Part shown: piece after piece, positions 31,004-40,146 of the stretch
Layout of the letters: each line of letters opens with the position of its first letter
Position numbering within the stretch: the first letter of the stretch is position 1
Source: Candidatus Moraniibacteriota bacterium
GTDB taxonomy: Bacteria; Patescibacteriota; Minisyncoccia; Moranbacterales; DUUL01
Direction: 5' to 3'
Assembly: GCA_027008775.1 (NCBI GenBank)
Contig: JALVDV010000005.1
Location: 3,300-67,299, forward strand
Length of the DNA stretch: 64,000 nt
The notes under the pieces: generated by a model
What the model was told of the DNA's origin: nothing
Database searches by the model: none
Seen by the model: the letters and a program-made list of their open reading frames with translations, nothing else
Made by a program: the position numbers and the translations under genes

Positions 31004-31032
31004 ATAATACAATCTTATCCTTAATAAAGCAA
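31004..31032 (-). promoter_or_regulatory. promoter of the cas operon
   Basis: TTGCTT-N17-TATTAT on the minus strand. Confidence 0.55.
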
Positions 31033-31195
31033 GTTTTGTCTGGCAAACAAAAGCCGTTAAATGTGTTTTATCCCACTAGTTGTTATTCTAAATTTTGTTT
31101 GATTATAAATTTTTTACTTAAAGTTTATCTAACGCTATCCTCATTTTGATAAATATTGCGCAGTCTTTTGATAATTGCCGATAGCTTGGCGGTAG

Positions 31196-31510
31196 CTAAT
31201 TGTTTCTTAGGGCGTGGTTGAGGGTTTTGGCGGTGATTTTGATAATTCTGGCGGTGGTGTATTTTTGTCCGGGGGCGATTTTAGCTTCCACTTTTTGCAA
31301 ATCTCTGACGGTGGAGTTGTTTGCTCGTAAAAAATTGTCTATTTTGGCCAAAAGCTCTCGGGAAATATTTTGCTGATCATTCCATTTTTGCTCGGCTATG
31401 ATTTTCGCCTCCCCCTTTTCGGACGGACTCGGCTTTTTTAATTGCAAAGTTATGATGTCTTCTTGGTTAAGAGAAATAATCAAAATGTTTCTGTGTGTTT
31501 TTTTGGTCAT
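31196..31510 (-). CDS. tsaB: short TsaB-like protein (t6A biosynthesis, N-terminal half only)
   Basis: SRELLAKIDNFL...DLQKV...PGQKYTTARI...AKTL aligns with TsaB HSxxLLxxI...GPGSFTGLRI...AKGL. Confidence 0.65.
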   Translation of the reverse strand: MTKKTHRNILIISLNQEDIITLQLKKPSPSEKGEAKIIAEQKWNDQQNISRELLAKIDNFLRANNSTVRDLQKVEAKIAPGQKYTTARIIKITAKTLNHALRNN

Positions 31511-31658
31511 AATGATTTTTGTGTTTAGTGATAATTAAAATTAACTTTTGCTTAGATGTCAGAGGGAAAGTGAGAAAATGCTCGCAAAAAATATTAAAAA
31601 ATCATCCGGCAAAAAGGACGATTTTTGAAAGACCGGATGATTAGTTTGTTAATCAGTG

Positions 31659-31730
31659 AGCGGGTAACGGGAATCGAACCCGTATCCTCAGCTTGGAAGG
31701 CTGATGTAATAGCCATTATACAATACCCGC
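31659..31730 (-). tRNA. tRNA-Gly (TCC), CCA not encoded
   Basis: Acceptor stem GCGGGTA/TACCCGC; anticodon arm TCAGC-CTTCCAA-GCTGA; T-arm ACGGG-TTCGATT-CCCGT. Confidence 0.97.
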
Positions 31731-31955
31731 AAATGGTTCTGTGTTTTAAAAAATTAGCGACCAATTCTCTATTAAGTATATATTTTTTTCGCCTTTAGTC
31801 AATATTGGCGGAAGATTTTGAAAGTTGCCGAAAATTTTGGCGGAAGATAGACACCCCCGCCCCTACAGGCGGGGAATTCTCGCTGGATTAAATTTTTACA
31901 AAAGCCGGGACCGGATTTTTACCCAAAGCCCTCCCATTTTTTTGTTTGACAACAG

Positions 31956-33674
31956 TTATTTAAAATCCAACACTTGCCAGACAGTTATCAGGCCGAAGCG
32001 ACGGGGTTGGCTGAGTTTGATGGTGTGATTTCTTTGCCGGTAGCTTTCAATGATTTCCGCGCTGTTTTTGCGGCCATGCTTTATCAAGTAAACTCGGCAT
32101 TGAGCCAAATAGCGACCGGGATTTTTGGCGCTGATAAATTTAACCTCTGTTCCGGAAAAGGAGCGCTTGAAAATGTAGGCATAGGAGGCCCTGTTTTTGG
32201 AAGGAGCGATAAGACAAATTTTATCTGGGGAGGCGGGATTTTTGATGAAAGCGACCGCTTCCGTCATTTTTTGATAAGTAACAAAATCGCTTTGTTGCAA
32301 AGTGCTGGTGGTCGGTTGTCGCCAAAAGTGTGATTGTCCGTCTTGTTTGGCCAAACCCAGATACCAGTTGGCCACGGCGCTAAGGTTTAACAATAAAATA
32401 ATTGTCGTCAAGATCAGTACCAACCACTCGCCCACTTTTTCTCGGAGCCAAGCAAAAACAACCGCCAAGGCCACGAAAGGCGCCAAAAAATCAATAAACC
32501 AAAAACGCATTTGGTCCAATTTGTAAGCCAAAGGAAAGAAAAGAACAAAAAAGACGACCCACCAAATCAGGTTGAGAACCAGGAAGTCTTTGGGTATTTT
32601 GGCCAGAGCTGAAGAGACAAAAAATCGCTGGCGAGGAAAAGAGAAAAGCATTATTGCCAAAACAATCGGGACCAGACCGAGATAATCAATGAGATGATTC
32701 TTTTTGCTTCCCCAAGTTATTTCCTTGTGATTGAGGGAAAAAACGTTGAGAGTGTAATACTTGCCCATCAAATTTATTTCCCGAAACAATTTTTGTCCGA
32801 CAGTTTTGTCGGAGCCGGTGGTTTTGCCAACCAAGGCCTTGGTGAATTCCCGCCAATTTTTTCCTTGATGGTTCCAGTTGTAAATAATTACCGGTGAATA
32901 AAGAGCAACTAGAATCAAAATCACTCCCAACCAGTAGGACCATTTGATTTTGCCAAGATTATCAGCGGAAGCGGTTCGTAAATTTCGCCAACAATTTCGC
33001 CAATAATCAGAGAGACTTTTCGGCAAGTTTGCATTATCGTTTCCCGAACAAGCTCGCCGATAAAGCCAGTAGCAAAGAAAAACCAGCGGATAACCGAACA
33101 AGGCGGTGGTGTGTAGTTGACTGGAAATTCCGTAGCTGAGAGAAAGAAGGAGCAACCAATACCCGGCTTGTTGAAGTTTTTCACTTTGGAATAGCTTATA
33201 AAGACTGAAAACAAAAAGAAGTCCCCAGAACAACAGTCCGTTGGGATTCCAAGAGAAACGGGAATACTGGATAGCAACATAGCTAAAAGCATATAAAGCG
33301 GAAATGGAAAGAGAAACAAATTTATCAAAGCCTTGGTGGAGAAAAATGTAAACCAATAAAATACTGGCGAGAACAAAAAAGAGATTGCTGTAAACAATTA
33401 TCGCCGGATGGTTTAAGCCAAAAAGCAAAGCGGGAATCGTTTCCAAATAGTAAGAGATTGGCCCCAAATGAAAATCGGTGCCACCGGCTTTCGGTCCGAG
33501 CAAAGGAAGCCCTCTCCAACCTTTCTCCAGAATTTCGTGGGCGTGGTTGGTATTGCGTACTTGGTCCGCTTGGAAATAGAGCCAATCTTTTAAATGAAAT
33601 ATTCTAACAAGGAAAGCTAGAAAAAGAAGCGCGCCCAGAACGATTGCAAGTAGATTTGATTTTTGCTTAGTCAT
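31956..33674 (-). CDS. GT-C fold (ArnT/PMT, GT39/83-like) membrane glycosyltransferase
   Basis: FQADQ...PLLGPKAG...LGPISYY, YSRFSWNPN, SQLH and many TM helices. Confidence 0.8.
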   Translation of the reverse strand: MTKQKSNLLAIVLGALLFLAFLVRIFHLKDWLYFQADQVRNTNHAHEILEKGWRGLPLLGPKAGGTDFHLGPISYYLETIPALLFGLNHPAIIVYSNLFFVLASILLVYIFLHQGFDKFVSLSISALYAFSYVAIQYSRFSWNPNGLLFWGLLFVFSLYKLFQSEKLQQAGYWLLLLSLSYGISSQLHTTALFGYPLVFLCYWLYRRACSGNDNANLPKSLSDYWRNCWRNLRTASADNLGKIKWSYWLGVILILVALYSPVIIYNWNHQGKNWREFTKALVGKTTGSDKTVGQKLFREINLMGKYYTLNVFSLNHKEITWGSKKNHLIDYLGLVPIVLAIMLFSFPRQRFFVSSALAKIPKDFLVLNLIWWVVFFVLFFPLAYKLDQMRFWFIDFLAPFVALAVVFAWLREKVGEWLVLILTTIILLLNLSAVANWYLGLAKQDGQSHFWRQPTTSTLQQSDFVTYQKMTEAVAFIKNPASPDKICLIAPSKNRASYAYIFKRSFSGTEVKFISAKNPGRYLAQCRVYLIKHGRKNSAEIIESYRQRNHTIKLSQPRRFGLITVWQVLDFK

Positions 33675-35502
33675 TTTTTTGTTTTTTGTTAAAAATATCT
33701 TCCCAAAAAATTACTCGGGGGTCGGAGGTTCTTACTTCTTCTTTCTTTTCCACTTTTTGTTTATTTGTTTTTTTATTTATCGGGACCAATTTCCAAACGG
33801 CCAGAGATTCAAATTTTTGCGGTTTTTCAATAAAATAGTCTCCCTGAATTTTACTCAAGCTATCTTTGCCGCGCGAACTTTTGGTAATGACAAAGAAAGC
33901 GCAGTCGTATTTTTCGCCGGCAAGTGTTTGTTGATAGGGTATTTGCGGATAATATTTTTCCAGCACAAACTTTAACCCGCCTTTGGTTTGGTATTCAAAA
34001 TCGGCGAAACAAATGGCCGGTTTGCTTTCTTTGCTTGTTTCTTTTTCCAGATAGTCCCCTATTTTTTTCAGGCGACCGTAAGTGTAAAAACCGCTGTAAG
34101 GACCAAGAGTTGGTCGTTGATGCCAGAGGCCGAAAGTTTTTTCTCCGGTTTGCAAAGAACGGTAAAATGCTTGAGTGGCGTCAAGGTTACTGAAAAGAAT
34201 AAGCCCGCTGATTAGAATGATGAGAAAGTTTGTAATGTAGCGATTCCAAAATTTATACTCACCACTACCTAAACGGTCCAAGACATAAAACCAAAAAGCC
34301 AGAAAGATAAAAGGGAGCGGACTGACCATCAGCCAATAACGATGTTTTCCCAGACGAGGCAAGATGCGCCAGTAAAGAAGGAAGAAGATGAAAAACCAGA
34401 GAGAAATGATAATTAAAAATTGTTTCCGTTGTTTGTTTAGTTTAAACATTTTATTGATTTGCCTGACCAGCCCTTTGGGTAAACGGCTGATGCCCAGTAA
34501 GCGTTTTCGAAAAAGCGCCAAGCGAATGAGAATTAGAGAGAGAATAATGAACCAATCACCGAGAATGGCGATTTTTTTGTAATCATATTTGTTGAAAGCG
34601 GTTAAAATTAGCAGATAATTTTTACCGTGGTAATAGCCGACTTTATTGAAAGCTTGCCAAAAATTGAGCCGGCTCTTTTTTTCTTGTTGGGAAGCAAGAA
34701 AAAATCTTTTAATGTTATCACCGTGATTGTAGTAATCACTGATTAGCATCGGACTGTAAAGGATTAAAAGAAGCAAAAGTCCCCAAAAGTAGGCTGACCG
34801 TGACAGGCGGGGACGATAAATTAGCCAAGTCGCCAACCCGATGAAGGAAAAGGCAAAAATATTTAGGAGATGCAACTGTCCCAAAACGCCGAAAGAAAAA
34901 ATTAGTAACAAGAACCATTTGGTCAGCCGGTCCGGGGACTTCTCTTTGTCTTGATTGTTTAATTGTAAAATTTTCAAAAGACTGATGACAAAAAGCAATT
35001 CCCAAAAAACTGTTTGATTGATGTTCCAAGCGAAACGGGAATAAAGAGTAAGAAAATAAGAACCGGCGAAAAGGATGGTAACCGACAAACTGATTTTGCG
35101 GTTGAAAAAGAAGCGAAGGAAGAAGTAGAAAAGAATAATACTGAGCAGAGAGAAAAACCAATCCGGCCAAAGGAGCTGTCTGGCGTCAAGTTGGCCGGTG
35201 AACAGAACCGACAAATACTGTTCGTAGTTGTAAAAAGGGCCAAGTTTGAAGGCGCCTCTAATATTGTTTAGCTTAACGGCGGCGCCGGCTTTCGGTCCCA
35301 GAAGCTTGGCTCGTTTCCAGCCGTGTTTCTGAACATTTTGGGCGGAAAAAGCGTCCCGAGCTTGGTCAGCTTTGAAAAGAGCTTGTTCATTTAATTGCCA
35401 ACCACGCCAAGAGGCGGTTAGCAAAACAATAAAGCAAACCGCTATTAGTGCCCAAAATTTTTGCCAGAATTCGCGCTTGAACCGAAACTTTATTTTACTC
35501 AT
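33667..35502 (-). CDS. GT-C fold (ArnT/PMT-like) membrane glycosyltransferase, paralog
   Basis: FKADQARD...LLGPKAG...LGPFYNY, YSRFAWNIN, GQLH; multi-TM. Confidence 0.8.
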   Translation of the reverse strand: MSKIKFRFKREFWQKFWALIAVCFIVLLTASWRGWQLNEQALFKADQARDAFSAQNVQKHGWKRAKLLGPKAGAAVKLNNIRGAFKLGPFYNYEQYLSVLFTGQLDARQLLWPDWFFSLLSIILFYFFLRFFFNRKISLSVTILFAGSYFLTLYSRFAWNINQTVFWELLFVISLLKILQLNNQDKEKSPDRLTKWFLLLIFSFGVLGQLHLLNIFAFSFIGLATWLIYRPRLSRSAYFWGLLLLLILYSPMLISDYYNHGDNIKRFFLASQQEKKSRLNFWQAFNKVGYYHGKNYLLILTAFNKYDYKKIAILGDWFIILSLILIRLALFRKRLLGISRLPKGLVRQINKMFKLNKQRKQFLIIISLWFFIFFLLYWRILPRLGKHRYWLMVSPLPFIFLAFWFYVLDRLGSGEYKFWNRYITNFLIILISGLILFSNLDATQAFYRSLQTGEKTFGLWHQRPTLGPYSGFYTYGRLKKIGDYLEKETSKESKPAICFADFEYQTKGGLKFVLEKYYPQIPYQQTLAGEKYDCAFFVITKSSRGKDSLSKIQGDYFIEKPQKFESLAVWKLVPINKKTNKQKVEKKEEVRTSDPRVIFWEDIFNKKQKND

Positions 35503-37235
35503 TTTCTTTGTTTCTTCTTTAAGTCCTCTTCGTTGTCTTTTACTAGATAAATTTTATCAGCCAAAATGTCAATACCTTCAATGTTATGGTCATTTAGCTC
35601 TTCAATGACTCTTTCTTGCCAACCGAGAGGATTAACACCAATCACCTTGCCTTCTCGGCCACTAACCAGATAAAGGATTCCTTTGTGAAAAGTGGCGCCA
35701 GCTAAATCCGAATGGGGGATTTTGCGTTTGCTGACAATTTTTCCGGTGGAAAAATTAATCAGAAAAACATTAGCTTGAGAAATTTCTTTTTGGTAAACAA
35801 CAAAAAACAAGTTGTCTTTGTAATAAGCGAGACCTTCGGCGCCCAAGTTGACATCCTGAGGAAGAGGTATCTGAATTTTTTGTTTGTGAATAATGTTAAA
35901 ATCTTTGTCCAGTTGATAAATGGTGTTTTGCAACTCGCTGAGAACGTAAAGATATTTTTTATCGTGGGTTAAACCCTCGGCATCGGGAACAAGAAACTGT
36001 TTTTGGCGAATGATTTGTTTGTCTTTTATTTGGTAGAGAGCGCCGTCGTCCCCGACCAGATAAGTAAAACCGTTCCAGAAAGTCAGTCCGGACAGTTCCG
36101 GCAAATCAGACGGTAACAAGTTGACCGGCAAATCAAGCGGTGGTCCGCCAAATTCCGGAGGTAAAGGGTCAAGCAACTGCTGGCCGTCTTGGCAGTTGTA
36201 TTCTTCAGTCACTGGTAATTTAAACCAGCCTTTCAGTTTATCTAAATGATTACCTTTTTTGACTTTGTCATTAAAAACACGACGTTCCATCACCACTGAG
36301 ACTTTATCTTTGTCAACAGTGATGTAGTAGAAAGCTCCGGCGTCTTTAAAGCGGTACTGTTCTTTTAAATAACCTTTGCCTTTCCAGAATCCCTGCAGAA
36401 CAAAATAATGAGTTGGGCCATCTACAACGTGACAAAGATTTTCAATATGTCCGGAAAAAACCGCTCTTACTTTGTGTTTGCTAAATAATTTATGCAGAGC
36501 CTCTCCTTGAGGGAAAACTCCCCAGTTGGGAAAGAAGTCGGTGCTAAGCGGTGGTTGGTGAATGAATACCAGAATGTTTTTGTTTTGTTCATTGGCTTCT
36601 TGCAAAGTTTTTTCCAGCCAGCGCCATTGTTTTTGGTCAATGTGTCCCGGGTAATAGTGACGTTCCGGAGTGGCATCGGAATCGTCCGGCCAGGAGTTGC
36701 CATCTAAAACGATTATGCGGTAGCCGACACCATTTTTGGAGAAATCTTTGAAATAGTAAGTTTTGTCATAGCCAGTTAATTGCAACCATTTTTGTTTGGT
36801 AAAACTGTTGGTTTCGTGATTTCCCAAGACGTGAAAGTAAGGCGCTTTTAATTTTTTCATCATTTGGTCCGCTTCTTGCCAAGTTTGAAGAGCGCGCTTA
36901 TCTTTGCCGTCAATCAAATCCCCATTTTCTACGACTAAATCCGGCTTGAATTCGTCATTCATTTTTTGGATAAACCTTTCCATAGCTTCCCGACTGCGCC
37001 AGTCAAGTTTCCACTTTTTGGTTTTTTTGTTCCGTTCGGCATTAAAATGGGCATCTGTTATAAAACCGATTTTAAGAGTTGTTTTGGCCGGCTTGTTTTT
37101 TTGCCAAAGCCAAAATTGATAACCACTAAAGACGCTGCTAATTATTAAAGCAAACAGTAAAAACTTGGTTGGTATTTTTTTATTTTGTTTCTTTGTTTTT
37201 TTCTTGGTCGTTGTTTTCTCTTTCTTCTCTTTCAT
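35499..37235 (-). CDS. membrane-anchored calcineurin-like metallophosphoesterase fused to a YjiK/SdiA-regulated-like beta-propeller
   Basis: DAH, GDLID, GNHE, FIHQP, SGH; C-terminal ELSGLT / AEGLT / AEGLA / IEGI repeats; start likely MKEKK (the ORF extends to 37295). Confidence 0.8.
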   Translation of the reverse strand: MKEKKEKTTTKKKTKKQNKKIPTKFLLFALIISSVFSGYQFWLWQKNKPAKTTLKIGFITDAHFNAERNKKTKKWKLDWRSREAMERFIQKMNDEFKPDLVVENGDLIDGKDKRALQTWQEADQMMKKLKAPYFHVLGNHETNSFTKQKWLQLTGYDKTYYFKDFSKNGVGYRIIVLDGNSWPDDSDATPERHYYPGHIDQKQWRWLEKTLQEANEQNKNILVFIHQPPLSTDFFPNWGVFPQGEALHKLFSKHKVRAVFSGHIENLCHVVDGPTHYFVLQGFWKGKGYLKEQYRFKDAGAFYYITVDKDKVSVVMERRVFNDKVKKGNHLDKLKGWFKLPVTEEYNCQDGQQLLDPLPPEFGGPPLDLPVNLLPSDLPELSGLTFWNGFTYLVGDDGALYQIKDKQIIRQKQFLVPDAEGLTHDKKYLYVLSELQNTIYQLDKDFNIIHKQKIQIPLPQDVNLGAEGLAYYKDNLFFVVYQKEISQANVFLINFSTGKIVSKRKIPHSDLAGATFHKGILYLVSGREGKVIGVNPLGWQERVIEELNDHNIEGIDILADKIYLVKDNEEDLKKKQRK

Positions 37236-38385
37236 TAACCGCTGTTTTATTATTAGTTCCTTTGGAATTACCTGAGACAACTGCCCGGCTATCACCTGTT
37301 TCTTCTTTAATGGAAAGCCCTCTTTTCTTTGGATCTAGACGCTGACCGTCTTGGCAATTATATTCTTGGGGATTGAGAACCAATGTTTCCCATTTTTTCA
37401 CACGTTCTTGGCGTTGCTTTTTGGAGGATTGATTTTTGTCATGAAATATTCTGTACTCCCCTTTGACTTCAACTTTGTCCGGGGTGATGGTAATGTAATA
37501 AAAATTGCCGGCATCTTTAAAGCGATATTCTTTTTTTAGGCCAGCGTTGGCTTTCCACATTCCTTGGAGAACAAAATACTCGGTGGCGCCATCTTTAATG
37601 TCGCAAAGTCTCTCAATGTGACCGGAGAAGACAGCGCGAACTTTGTATTTGTTGAAAAGTTGATGCAATTTCTCTCCTTCGGGAAAAAGAGCCCAATTTG
37701 GTTTGGCATCGGTGGAAATGGGCGGTTGATGAATGAAGACTATCGGATCTTTATCGTTAAGGGCGGCGTCTTTCAAAACGCTTTCCAACCACTGCCATTG
37801 TTCATTCCCGAGCACCCCGGGGTAATATTCTTTTTCTGGGCCGGTATCCTTTCCGCCGGGAAAATGATTTCCGTCTAAAACAATTATTCGGTAGCCCTTG
37901 ATATCGCGGTAATAATATGGTTTGTCGTAGCCGGTTAACTGAAGCCAGGTGGCTTTGTCAAAACTACGCATTTCGTGATTCCCAATAACATGGTAGTAGG
38001 GCGTTTTCAATGTTTGTAGCATTTTATCAATAATCAGCCAATCCTCTTTAGAATTTTTATCCTTGCCGTCAACCAAATCTCCATTTTCTATAACCAAGTC
38101 CGGTTTGAATTCGTTGTTCATTTTTTGAATAAATCTTTCTATAGCTTCTCGGCTACGCCAATTTATTTGCCATTGACCGGCAACCTCCTTGCCGTAGGCA
38201 TGAACATCGGTGAGAAAACCGATTTTTAAGGGTTGTTTTGGTGTTCGCTGGGCCAGTTTTTCTTGGATAATTTCCTCTTCCGACTTTGTTTTATTAACGG
38301 ATTTCTTTATCCCCGACCAAAAAACGAATACTCCGGCGATGGCCAATATTACTAGCCCGCTGAGGAATAACTTGGAATATTTCAT
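37180..38385 (-). CDS. membrane-anchored calcineurin-like metallophosphoesterase
   Basis: DVH, GDLVD, GNHE, FIHQPP, SGH; N-terminal TM helix; close paralog of the downstream gene. Confidence 0.85.
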   Translation of the reverse strand: MKYSKLFLSGLVILAIAGVFVFWSGIKKSVNKTKSEEEIIQEKLAQRTPKQPLKIGFLTDVHAYGKEVAGQWQINWRSREAIERFIQKMNNEFKPDLVIENGDLVDGKDKNSKEDWLIIDKMLQTLKTPYYHVIGNHEMRSFDKATWLQLTGYDKPYYYRDIKGYRIIVLDGNHFPGGKDTGPEKEYYPGVLGNEQWQWLESVLKDAALNDKDPIVFIHQPPISTDAKPNWALFPEGEKLHQLFNKYKVRAVFSGHIERLCDIKDGATEYFVLQGMWKANAGLKKEYRFKDAGNFYYITITPDKVEVKGEYRIFHDKNQSSKKQRQERVKKWETLVLNPQEYNCQDGQRLDPKKRGLSIKEETGDSRAVVSGNSKGTNNKTAVNEREERENNDQEKNKETK

Positions 38386-38484
38386 TTGTATTTTGAAATT
38401 TGTTAAAGCCTTTTATTAAAGCCTTGTTATAGTACACCTTTTTAATCCGTTCGGTCAAATTGTTTTGAGAGGTTTTCCTCCGGA

Positions 38485-39258
38485 CTAAAAAGGGTTGTTC
38501 TGACCGAATTTTATTAGAGTCAAAATATGACCCTTGTTTTTATACCTCACAATTTTTGGGGTTTTATATTTTCGCAATTGATAAACTAATTTCTCTCCGA
38601 ATTTGGTGGGAATATAAAGGTCATGACTAGGCAAATGAATTTCAATATCATCGGGTAGATTTTCCAAATTAGCAATGGGATTGGTTTCTTTCAGACAATT
38701 GTTGTATTCGGTGGAATTCTTGTAACCCAATTGGATAGCTTTCTGTTTAATTTTTGACGTAGCGATGCTGTCGTAGAAATTACCTAATTCTGACCCGGGA
38801 GCTACAGCTACCATTTTCTTAGCGTTAAGATGATTGGCCACAAAGAAGCCGGGATAAGTTCCAGCACTATAAGCTAGAACGTTGAAATTTTTTAAGTTTA
38901 AGGAGGTGATATCTTCAAATACTTTTCTCAACAGATTTTTGGCCACAGAGGGATTGGGGTTGATTAAGTTGCCCGGAATTTCATAAACCAAAACCCTGCC
39001 CCTTTTGGGTATCAGGCCTATTTTTTTGGCTTCTTTAAAGCTCACTCTCCAAGGGAGAAAGCAAACCCAAGTTGAATTATCACTGTTTTTTATTTCAATT
39101 CTCTTGAAATTTGTGGTTTGAGTTTTACTCTTATTTTTTAGGTTTTCAAGGAAGGAATAAACTTTGTCCAGAAACCCATAGTCGTTTATTTTGGCGAGAA
39201 AAGATAACATTGGATCGGATTTGCTTTGTAAATATTTAAAGAAATTTTTTAATCTCAT
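38485..39258 (-). CDS. alpha/beta-hydrolase fold protein
   Basis: Nucleophile elbow AYSAG, acid in HDLYIP, His in KGHI. Confidence 0.65.
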   Translation of the reverse strand: MRLKNFFKYLQSKSDPMLSFLAKINDYGFLDKVYSFLENLKNKSKTQTTNFKRIEIKNSDNSTWVCFLPWRVSFKEAKKIGLIPKRGRVLVYEIPGNLINPNPSVAKNLLRKVFEDITSLNLKNFNVLAYSAGTYPGFFVANHLNAKKMVAVAPGSELGNFYDSIATSKIKQKAIQLGYKNSTEYNNCLKETNPIANLENLPDDIEIHLPSHDLYIPTKFGEKLVYQLRKYKTPKIVRYKNKGHILTLIKFGQNNPF

Positions 39259-39669
39259 CTCTGATTACCTTGATTGTTTGAGAAGATTCTATCTTATTAC
39301 TCCAAATGGGTGGTTGATTGGGATTCTTATCCAGCCAAATTTTATGAAAAAATTTTTTGGGACAATTATACCTAGGAATGCCATGGATATGCAAGTGATG
39401 AACTTTGTTACCCATTTGCCAATAAGTAAAACGAATGGGATTAAAAGTTTTATTTTGGATTAAAGCCAATTCTATTTCTTGCATCACTTCTTTTAACTCT
39501 AAAATTTCTTTATCAGATAATTCGGAAAGTTTTTTACTCCTTTTCTTTTGCAAAAAATAATAAAATTGCCAAAAGTATGTTGTTTGTAGCTCACTTCCAG
39601 TGACCAAAATTTATATTCTTTTAATTCCCCGTCCGGATATTCTTTGTTTTTATCCCAAAATCTTTTCAT
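39236..39669 (-). pseudogene. HIT-family nucleotide hydrolase with a frameshift
   Basis: The frame from ATG 39669 (MKRFWDKNKEYPDGELKEYKFWSLEVSYKQHTFGNFIIFCKRKGV) changes at an A6 run (39530-39535) into KLSELSDKE...HHLHIHGIPR, which carries the HIT triad. Confidence 0.75.
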
Positions 39670-39767
39670 AGTTCTGGAGATTTAATGTGAAAGCTTAAGT
39701 TTTCCTTTATATTATGCCACTTTTTTTATTTTTTACCCACACATTTTATTATAGAGCCTGCGTCAAC

Positions 39768-39796
39768 TTGACAAAATACCTATTATGTGTTATGAT
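39768..39796 (+). promoter_or_regulatory. sigma70 promoter
   Basis: TTGACA-N17-(TG)TATGAT. Confidence 0.6.
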
Positions 39797-39822
39797 TGGA
39801 GAAAAGAAGGAGGGTTAAAAAA

Positions 39823-39987
39823 ATGAAGAGGTTGCTCTTTTTTGGTGGAGTTTCTCTGTTACTGGGAGATTTGTATTGTTTTAAATTAGGTCTCCCGACC
39901 GCCGCCGGACTGGCGGCGATCCTGGTTGCGATTAGTCGCGACCAGGGTGCGTACCCGGACTGGAGGAGTAAGTATCGTCCGGGGTAG
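39823..39987 (+). CDS. 54-aa small hydrophobic protein
   Basis: AGGAGG SD, its own promoter and hydrophobic segments. Confidence 0.5.
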   Translation: MKRLLFFGGVSLLLGDLYCFKLGLPTAAGLAAILVAISRDQGAYPDWRSKYRPG

Positions 39988-40146
39988 TCAGATTAGTCAA
40001 GGTGTTGCTTTAACACGAGCAGCACCTTTTTCTTTTTGCCGTATTTAATTTTTTGAGAATTAAACCATTATAAAAAGTGGATTTGAGAAACAAAAACAGA
40101 CCGGGGTTTGTGATCTGTTTTTGTGTTTTGGTTGACCTTTTCTGTT

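Noticed and set aside
30884-31195. Possible tracrRNA or anti-repeat upstream of cas12a
   Set aside because: I found no extended complementarity to the repeat by eye. The inverted repeats here involve the uORF and start codon, and Cas12a-type handles need no tracrRNA.
31659-31730. tRNA-Gly as the integration site (att) of the CRISPR island
   Set aside because: I saw no duplicated tRNA 3' end and no integrase, and a tsaB-like gene lies in between.
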